Assembly (NCBI GenBank): GCA_000830295.1
Contig: CP010425.1
Coordinates: 512,001-576,000 of the forward strand
From: an archaeon GW2011_AR15
GTDB taxonomy: Archaea; Nanobdellota; Nanobdellia; Woesearchaeales; GW2011-AR15
Direction of reading: 5' to 3'
Length of the DNA: 64,000 bases
The position numbers and the translations under genes are program-made. How positions within the stretch are numbered: position 1 is the first letter of the stretch; each line of letters begins with the position of its first letter. Under the pieces are notes generated by a model that searched no databases, was not told where the DNA came from, and saw nothing but the letters and a program-made list of their open reading frames with translations. This document shows positions 57,281 through 64,000 of the stretch, one piece after another.

Positions 57281-59221
57281 ATGAAAAAGACAACAATGCT
57301 GTTTACAATCTTTTTGATACTCGCGGCAGCTTTTGCATTTGCAGCATATACAGTCAACTGGACAATAAATGGCAATATGCCATTCCATGCAAGGGCATAT
57401 CTTTGCCCGGGCGGTATATGTTCAGAAAGCACAGCAACACTGGTCCAGAACGGTTTCGGCACCAGCTCACTAAAGCTGAATTTCTCAAGCGCAGGCGCTT
57501 CAGACAGGTATGCAATATTCATCTATCCGGAAGATGCATGCCATGTTCCTACAGCAATCCATGTGGATTTTTCAGGATCAGGAAACACAACAAGCAACGT
57601 ATCATTTTACAAGCAGGGCAGCACTACTTGCGGCTCCAATGTTAATTTTACAACTGTTTCAGATTCAAGCATAACTCTTGGAGATTCAGTTACTGTTACC
57701 TCCCAGCTCCAGGGAGCATGGGGATTTGCAGACCCTCTGGTTAATTTTACACCTAACGCAATAGCATCATACTACCAGTCAACTGTGGATGTTAATTTCA
57801 GCGCCAATGGCGCAGTCCTGGATTCAGATCAGATAATTATAGAATGGGAAGACCAGTGGGAAACAGTATCCTACAATTTTACACCCAATGCAACAGGAAA
57901 CTACACGCTGAGAATAGCCACAAAGATGGACAATGAATGCAAGTGCAACGGAAGCAATTACAAATATCAGGAAGTAGTAGTTGAGGTTACCCCCTCGGCA
58001 TGCGTTGATGAATGTGTACTGGGCGAATATTGTACAAACAACACCGCCATGGAGTGCGGCAACTTTGACTCAGACTCATGCCTGGAATTGAATATAATTG
58101 AAGTCTGCGGAAACTCAACAACAGACATATCATGTATAGGTGGCAATGTAACAGAAGTATTTACAAATTCAACATGTGTGGTAAGCTCAGGCAATGCTTT
58201 TTGCGATGATGTTGTAAATACAACAGTAATAGAAAGCTGCGGCCTTGATTTCTGCATAGAATACACCGATAAGGACCCTGAGATACTGGAATATGTCCAT
58301 GATGAGAACACATGCTCGCCCTCAACGCTGATGTGCGTTTATGATCCGGGAGACGTATATGACTTCTGCCTGTCATCTGATATACTTATGCAGGCAGTCT
58401 GTGTAGGGGATGACAATGACTTTGAAGCCTATGACTGCAACAGTCTTGACGGATGCTATCCCTTTGATATACCAGACAGCGGCTCATGCAGCTGCCCTTA
58501 CGGAGGATGCAGCCAGCCATGCCAGGAGCCACAGACAACAGGCATGCTGTACAGGAATTACTCATGCGGCGCAGGAGCATGCTCATATGTGAACCTTTCA
58601 ATGGTAGATTCAGATTCAGATTTTGTAGATGACAGGTGCGATGCCTGCCTGGACGTAGACCACGACGGGGCATGCGACTCAGTGGACAACTGCCCCCTTA
58701 TAAGCAACCCGACACAGGTTGATTCAGACGGGGACGGGCTTGGAAACGCATGCGACGAAGATAAAGACAGTGACGGATATCCTGCAGGACTTGACTGCAA
58801 TGACTGGAACGCAGATGTTCACCCCGGAGCTCCGGAAATACCGAATAACGGAAGGGATGATGACTGCAATCCATTTACAGATGACAAGGGAACTGCTGAG
58901 CCAAGGCAGATATTATACATAGACACAATCTATGATGAAACACTTATGCAGCCGGGCAGGGACTTTGTTGTAGTGGTTTCAGTGACAAATACAGGCAAGC
59001 ACAGGCTGGAAGATGTCAAGATAGAGGTAAGCATGCCAGGATTCCAGGAAAGGCAGTCTACGCTGCTTGGAGACCTCAGGTCAGCTGAAACAGAATCAAG
59101 GCAGTTCATTATATCACTGCCTGACAAATTCACCACAGAATATGAATACCTGAGAATAACTGTCAGCAATGATGACTACAGCAGAAAAGTCTACAGGGAG
59201 CTTAAGCTTCCACCCCAATAG
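57281..59221 (+). CDS. Cys-rich secreted protein with thrombospondin type-3 Ca-binding repeats, MopE-like motif and C-terminal Ig/CARDB-like domain
   Basis: [24 protein letters not shown]; DCND....[17 protein letters not shown]; VSVTNTG. Confidence 0.8.
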   Translation: MKKTTMLFTIFLILAAAFAFAAYTVNWTINGNMPFHARAYLCPGGICSESTATLVQNGFGTSSLKLNFSSAGASDRYAIFIYPEDACHVPTAIHVDFSGSGNTTSNVSFYKQGSTTCGSNVNFTTVSDSSITLGDSVTVTSQLQGAWGFADPLVNFTPNAIASYYQSTVDVNFSANGAVLDSDQIIIEWEDQWETVSYNFTPNATGNYTLRIATKMDNECKCNGSNYKYQEVVVEVTPSACVDECVLGEYCTNNTAMECGNFDSDSCLELNIIEVCGNSTTDISCIGGNVTEVFTNSTCVVSSGNAFCDDVVNTTVIESCGLDFCIEYTDKDPEILEYVHDENTCSPSTLMCVYDPGDVYDFCLSSDILMQAVCVGDDNDFEAYDCNSLDGCYPFDIPDSGSCSCPYGGCSQPCQEPQTTGMLYRNYSCGAGACSYVNLSMVDSDSDFVDDRCDACLDVDHDGACDSVDNCPLISNPTQVDSDGDGLGNACDEDKDSDGYPAGLDCNDWNADVHPGAPEIPNNGRDDDCNPFTDDKGTAEPRQILYIDTIYDETLMQPGRDFVVVVSVTNTGKHRLEDVKIEVSMPGFQERQSTLLGDLRSAETESRQFIISLPDKFTTEYEYLRITVSNDDYSRKVYRELKLPPQ

Positions 59222-59272
59222 TCATTTAAGAATGGTTACAAATAGTATTCACTTACAAATGCTAATATAAAC

Positions 59273-59286
59273 GAAAGCTTTAAATA
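59273..59286 (+). promoter_or_regulatory. BRE-TATA promoter of the putative S-layer gene
   Basis: GAAAGCTTTAAATA; followed by a leader with a strong GAGGAGG Shine-Dalgarno. Confidence 0.6.
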
Positions 59287-59361
59287 TTAGCTCAGAGTCA
59301 TTCAAACTTAGACATCCTGTTATAGGATTGCAAAACAAAAAACTCGAGGAGGAAAGCAAAA

Positions 59362-60696
59362 ATGAAAATAAAAAGCATGATGCTTATAGTAATGACGTTA
59401 GTTCTAGCTATAGTAAGCATGTTCGCAGTAAGTGCTGCTACAAACGACACACCCTGCTGCGGAGATCCGGCAAATACATCAAAACTTGATGTGGCTGAAT
59501 GCCTGGTAGAAGTTAACGGCAGAGCTGTATACAATGACGTCACAGTTCTGAAAGCATTCGACAGAGGAGAAGAACTTGAAATTGAAGTGGAGTTCGTATC
59601 TCTACAGGATGCTGAAGATGTTCAGGTAGTTGTCTTTATGACAGGTTATCACAGGGGACACAAATTCACAGACGATGTTTTCGACATGACACCATCATTT
59701 GATGTAGAGGCAAATGTGTCATACAAAAAGACACTTCACTTGAAGCTGCCAGATGATTTCGAGCTTGACACAGGCGACGAGCTTAAGTTGAGGCTGGAAA
59801 TATCAGACAAGTACGCAAGCTCACACATCAGGGAATACAACCTTAAAGTGGAAGCACTTAGGGAAAGTGTCATAATACAGGACATAATCCTAGACCCTGC
59901 TGACAGAGTTCAGGCAGGAAGGGGTCTGTTTGCTGCAGTAAGAGTCAAGAACATGGGAGAAGACACAGAAGAAAGCCTTAGGGTTGAAGTGTCAATGCCG
60001 GACCTTGGCATAAAAGCAACAGAATATATTGATGAGCTTGATTCAGATGAAGCAACAACTTCTGAAGACTTGTTCCTCAGGCTGCCAGCATGCGCTGAGC
60101 CAGGAACATACAGTGTTGAGGCAACAGTCACATACGCTGATGGCGATGAGTCTGTTACAGCAGAGACAACAATAGAAGTTGGCGAAGATCCAAGCTGCCC
60201 ATTATCAGGCGGTTCAGACAAGACAGTAGTTACTGTCCCTGGAAAACAGGATGTTGTTAAAGGTTCTGCAGGAAGCGTTTACCCAATAATGCTTCAGAAC
60301 ACAGGCGCAACAGACAGGTCATACGAGCTGTCAGTCTCAGGCCTATCATGGGGAACCTACAGATTCGACCCTGGAGCACTAGTACTGCTTAGGTCAGGAG
60401 AAACAAAAACAGTTTACCTGTACGTAGCAGCAAACGATGATGCACCAGAAGGCGAACAGGTCTTCAAGGTAACAGTTGAAACTTCAGGCGACGAGAAAGA
60501 AATTGCTCTTACAGCAAATGTTGTCGCTGGTGAATCTTCAGGCCTAGGCGGCTTTGGCGATGTCAGGAAAGCCCTGGAAGTCGGAGTTATAGTATTGATA
60601 GTACTCCTGATTGTACTGGGACTTATCATTGGCTTCAACAAGCTTAAGGGAAACGAAGGAGAGCCGGAAGAAGTTTCAGGCCAGACATACTATTAA
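59362..60696 (+). CDS. Putative S-layer/major surface protein (three Ig-like domains, C-terminal TM, GQTYY tail)
   Basis: Signal peptide, VRVKNMG, PGTYSVEATV, TM then acidic tail; strong Shine-Dalgarno; T-rich terminator region. Confidence 0.7.
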   Translation: MKIKSMMLIVMTLVLAIVSMFAVSAATNDTPCCGDPANTSKLDVAECLVEVNGRAVYNDVTVLKAFDRGEELEIEVEFVSLQDAEDVQVVVFMTGYHRGHKFTDDVFDMTPSFDVEANVSYKKTLHLKLPDDFELDTGDELKLRLEISDKYASSHIREYNLKVEALRESVIIQDIILDPADRVQAGRGLFAAVRVKNMGEDTEESLRVEVSMPDLGIKATEYIDELDSDEATTSEDLFLRLPACAEPGTYSVEATVTYADGDESVTAETTIEVGEDPSCPLSGGSDKTVVTVPGKQDVVKGSAGSVYPIMLQNTGATDRSYELSVSGLSWGTYRFDPGALVLLRSGETKTVYLYVAANDDAPEGEQVFKVTVETSGDEKEIALTANVVAGESSGLGGFGDVRKALEVGVIVLIVLLIVLGLIIGFNKLKGNEGEPEEVSGQTYY

Positions 60697-60762
60697 TTTA
60701 TTTTTTTTACTTAATTTTATTAATTTATTATTAGCTATTGATACAACAGAGGGGAGAGAGAG

Positions 60763-61791
60763 TTGACAAGCAAAAAACTGCTATTGGTTCTTTTCCTTAG
60801 TATAATTGCTCTTGGTATAGTCAGTGCCCAGTCAGCAGAGCAGAATACCCACGAGTTCGTTGTCAATAAATATTATCCGCCGACAGTTGTAAGGCAGGAG
60901 ATAGTTGTAGTAGAAAAGCAGCCTGAAGTGCAGGAGAGAATGCAGGAGATTATAATCACTCCTGATAAATATGAATACACAATTGATTCATGTGATGCAG
61001 CACAAATATCCTTTCTATTAACCAACCCAGGCACAGAATCGCACATATACACTTTCAGCGTTGAGGATTTTGTCGGAGAAGCAAGAATTCCCGCTGATTT
61101 GACATTAGGGGGAAAAGATTCACTTACTGTCAATTTTGAGCTGACGCCAAAGTGCGGCTCAAGCGGGGATTTCAATCCAAAGCTTATAGTTGAGACAATC
61201 AATGAGAAAGCAACATTCCCTGTACTGCTGCATGTGAACGAAGTCGACCTTCTGGATGAGGAAGACTGCAGCTTCTATTTCAATGAGACAGTATGCAGAT
61301 CAGATGCATATGTAAAGATACTTCAGGGCTCAACATATGTTGTTGATTTGTCAGCAATCTTCTATGACCCTGACGGGGATAGGCTCAGGTATAGCGTTGA
61401 ATACAGCGGAGCAGTTAATAAGGTATGGATATGGGGAAATAAGGCAAGATTAAAGCCAAGGTTTGACTGGTATGGTAAAGAAGAGATTGTATTTGTAGCA
61501 AATGACGGGAAAGGCGGAAGGGCAGAATCAAGGAAAATTTTCCTTCACGTTGTTCCCAATCACAGATCCTACCTGCAGAACTTCCTTGCAGCATATTTTG
61601 TTCCATTGCTTGCATTCCTTGCAATTGTGATTGCAGCAGCCGCGGTGTTCCTTTATGTCAAAAACAGGAGAAAGGAAAGGGAAGAGAAGCAGAGAGAGGA
61701 AAAGCTAAAGCTGAAGGCAGAAAGAGAAGCTGCCAGGGCTGCACGGAAGAGCCAGGCTGCAAAAAAAGCGAACAGAAAGAAGTCTAAATAG
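60763..61791 (+). CDS. Surface protein with Ig/cadherin-like domain, TM and basic tail
   Basis: Signal peptide; DLSAIFYDPDGDRLRY...P..DWYG.EEIVF.A.DG; TTG start. Confidence 0.7.
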   Translation: MTSKKLLLVLFLSIIALGIVSAQSAEQNTHEFVVNKYYPPTVVRQEIVVVEKQPEVQERMQEIIITPDKYEYTIDSCDAAQISFLLTNPGTESHIYTFSVEDFVGEARIPADLTLGGKDSLTVNFELTPKCGSSGDFNPKLIVETINEKATFPVLLHVNEVDLLDEEDCSFYFNETVCRSDAYVKILQGSTYVVDLSAIFYDPDGDRLRYSVEYSGAVNKVWIWGNKARLKPRFDWYGKEEIVFVANDGKGGRAESRKIFLHVVPNHRSYLQNFLAAYFVPLLAFLAIVIAAAAVFLYVKNRRKEREEKQREEKLKLKAEREAARAARKSQAAKKANRKKSK

Positions 61792-62986
61792 GTTTTTTCA
61801 ATATTTTTCTTACAGCATACAGGAACATGCCTGAAGACCAGGCAAAAGGATATTCTGCCTTGTATAAAGGCCTCTTTACAGGCTTTCCCTTATTGTCGTA
61901 AATCTCGTATACTATACCATAGTCCACAATCATATCTGCAATTGTGTTAAGTATCTCTACAGCCTCTTTTTCCAGTCCTGCTTTCTCTTTTGCCAAAGCA
62001 CTGGCGCACCCAAGCCAGAGCCATGAAAGCCCATTGTGATAATCACTCAGTCCAAGCATACTAAGCAGGGGAGCTGTCATTTTCTTTGGATATAGGGGAT
62101 ATACGCATGCAGAAGGGACTTTATCAATTCCGTGCTTCTTTGAATATTCTGCTATTGGAATACTGTGTTTCTCCGGCGCAATATCCCATACCACAGCCAG
62201 CATATTTCCGTCTGTTGAAAAATGCTCCCGCCTCTCGTCATGTATCCAGTCTGTATAGTATCTTCCGTTCCAGAAAACTTTTTCTATCTTTTCCTTTGTT
62301 CTGTTATACAAAGAAAGGTACTTCAAATGCTTTTTTTTCATTTCCAGCATCATGAACATATCGCTCAGGCATTTCAGGGCATGGCAGTGGCATATATTTG
62401 TGTAAAGCACCTTCCCTTCCTTTTTCATGCTGTCTGCCCAGTCAGAGTAATGCTTCTGCTCAATAATAAGGTCTGTATCATGGTCGCATGAGTAGTTCCA
62501 CAGCAGAGCCTTCTCTATCCTGATAACATATTTCTTCAGAAACCCGATGTCCCCGGTCTCCTTTACATACTCGTGGGAAGAAATCACAATAAGGGAATTC
62601 TGGTCAACTGTCTTGTGCTTATTCTTATCTGTCGTATAATATGGCTTTCTTTTCCGCTTCCATTCCACGCCAAGATATTTCATCACAATGCCGAAATGTG
62701 ATGCCCCGACTTTGAGCGGAATCTGGCTGGATAAGTCTATATTAAGCCTGTGCTTGGCTATCTTCCTCGGCAGCTGCCATTCCTCGTTTATATGATCAAG
62801 ATAATTAGAAAGGTTCTTCCTGACAATATCATAATCCCTGATAGCCAGGCTGCCATAGCTTGCAAAGCAGGAATCCCTGGCCCAGTAATCCTTGAAATGG
62901 TGCAGCCCTGCGAAAATACCTTTCTCTGCATAGCACTCCCTTAGATTCTTTTTGGCTATCTCCACAGCCTTTTCTATATTTTTCAT
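61784..62986 (-). CDS. (alpha/alpha)6 glycoside hydrolase (GH15/GH100/GDE_C-like)
   Basis: AG..HFKDYWARDS, DWADS, DYHNGLSWLW, FAWSSG. Confidence 0.8.
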   Translation of the reverse strand: MKNIEKAVEIAKKNLRECYAEKGIFAGLHHFKDYWARDSCFASYGSLAIRDYDIVRKNLSNYLDHINEEWQLPRKIAKHRLNIDLSSQIPLKVGASHFGIVMKYLGVEWKRKRKPYYTTDKNKHKTVDQNSLIVISSHEYVKETGDIGFLKKYVIRIEKALLWNYSCDHDTDLIIEQKHYSDWADSMKKEGKVLYTNICHCHALKCLSDMFMMLEMKKKHLKYLSLYNRTKEKIEKVFWNGRYYTDWIHDERREHFSTDGNMLAVVWDIAPEKHSIPIAEYSKKHGIDKVPSACVYPLYPKKMTAPLLSMLGLSDYHNGLSWLWLGCASALAKEKAGLEKEAVEILNTIADMIVDYGIVYEIYDNKGKPVKRPLYKAEYPFAWSSGMFLYAVRKILKKPI

Positions 62987-63063
62987 AATTTTTTATCTGT
63001 CCTGTTTATTTATATAGTTTTCATAAAGTTTATATAAACACTTTTACACCCTAGTATAGAAAA

Positions 63064-63327
63064 ATGGATTTTGACAAGCTGATGAAATATCAGAACATGC
63101 TCCAGAACAGGCTGAGGCAGGAGGAGCAGACAGACAGGAAGATAGATATTCTCTCTATAATTAACAGGCTCACATCAGGGCCGAAGAACATTGTCCAGAA
63201 AGAGCAGATAGTCCTTGAAGCATCTTCAATGGGGTTTACAGAAGAGGAGATAGACTCCCTTATAGACACTTTAATTGAGGACAATATAATCTATGTGTCT
63301 TCTCCGGGATACATCAAAAAAAGGTAA
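63064..63327 (+). CDS. Small winged-helix protein resembling the MCM C-terminal wH
   Basis: EEEIDSLIDTLIEDNIIYVSSPGYIKK; TTTATATA upstream. Confidence 0.6.
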   Translation: MDFDKLMKYQNMLQNRLRQEEQTDRKIDILSIINRLTSGPKNIVQKEQIVLEASSMGFTEEEIDSLIDTLIEDNIIYVSSPGYIKKR

Positions 63328-63381
63328 ACTTTTTTTGGGCTCTGGAAACAGGTGAGTTTTCAGGATATAAAGAAAAGATAG

Positions 63382-64000
63382 TTATTTCTGATAATCAGGA
63401 ACAAGTATAGCATTAAGCCCCTTCTTTCTTGCATCCTCTATCTGTTTTTTCATCTCTGCATCAACTTCATTTATCCCTGAAAAATTGTCATCGGGGCTGA
63501 ATGCTGCCCAGGCTTCTTTTATAGGGTATTTTATGAAAATTTTTTCTCCTGCATCCGGTGTAACCCACGATTCCGCCCCTGAAACATATCCCTTCATGTA
63601 TGGCCACAGCTTTCCGTTATTGAAAAAGAAAGAAGGCTGGTAATCATTTTTTTGCTCTTTCCCCTCCAGGCTGTAAAAAAAAGCATGCGGAACAATAATA
63701 TCCACTCCATTATCCAGAAGCCAGTCCCTTGTCTTCTCAGCCTGTGCAATCGTTAGCTCTTCGCCATAGCCCGCAAAAGCCTCAGTTAATGCAGGCCTGC
63801 TGCCATACAACTCTTTTGCGGAATTCAATAAGACCGGGTGTATTTTATTCTCATCAAAATAGAATATATCGTCTGTCCCGTATATGTCAAAATATTGCTG
63901 GTGCGTGAAGAAATCTCCTTCATAGATTACAGTTTCCCACAGGTTCTCTTCACCCATCAGATGCCCTGTCAGAAGCACGCCGTGGCTGCTGGTCCAGTTA
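63382..64000 (-). CDS. GH106 (alpha-L-rhamnosidase)-like protein, C-terminal part; runs off the window edge
   Basis: GVLLTGHL.GEE, TEAFAGYG, VPHAFFYS, DYQPSFF, LWPY. Confidence 0.65.
   Translation of the reverse strand, partial: NWTSSHGVLLTGHLMGEENLWETVIYEGDFFTHQQYFDIYGTDDIFYFDENKIHPVLLNSAKELYGSRPALTEAFAGYGEELTIAQAEKTRDWLLDNGVDIIVPHAFFYSLEGKEQKNDYQPSFFFNNGKLWPYMKGYVSGAESWVTPDAGEKIFIKYPIKEAWAAFSPDDNFSGINEVDAEMKKQIEDARKKGLNAILVPDYQK

Noticed and set aside
59236-59260. TTACAAAT direct repeat upstream of the S-layer candidate promoter
   Set aside because: An 8-nt AT-rich match is too short to distinguish from chance
1-64000. tRNA/rRNA genes, transposases, integrases, reverse transcriptase/DGR, inteins
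   Set aside because: No recognisable motifs by eye; intergenic gaps are short, and RFC-small, TopA and Hef have normal lengths

Overview
This 64-kb window looks like the chromosome of a DPANN archaeon, most likely Woesearchaeota. That assignment is inferred from archaeal core genes (rpl34e, rpl14e, pelota, NAC, RFC-small, Hef, HerA, NurA, TrmB-like regulator), TATA/BRE promoters mostly close to start codons, and very compact gene packing. From left to right the window holds: a surface-glycan cluster (GT4 enzymes, epimerases, carbamoyltransferase with SxtJ/SxtK-like partners); a large Ig-repeat PGF-pre-PGF surface glycoprotein; HerA; a possible folate-salvage module; NurA, TopA, ScpB and Hef; a ribosomal-operon remnant interrupted by a GH5; ADP-forming acetyl-CoA synthetase; a deaminase next to a 1033-aa tandem-phosphoesterase protein; pelota; five envelope genes, four of them paralogous; RFC-small and a PRC-barrel gene; an RNase P RNA; a NAC-minD operon; a geranylgeranyl reductase; several surface proteins; and two more glycoside hydrolases. 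I found no tRNA, rRNA, CRISPR array, integrase or transposase. The strongest leads are (i) the paralogous Cys-motif lipoprotein operon at 39.9-45.7 kb, (ii) the deaminase plus methyltransferase-fold/double-phosphoesterase pair at 33.6-37.9 kb, (iii) a synonymously recoded duplicate of the PRC-barrel gene's 3' end that looks like an integration scar, and (iv) recurring intergenic double-hairpin elements. All protein family calls come from motif recognition by eye; no database searches were run.
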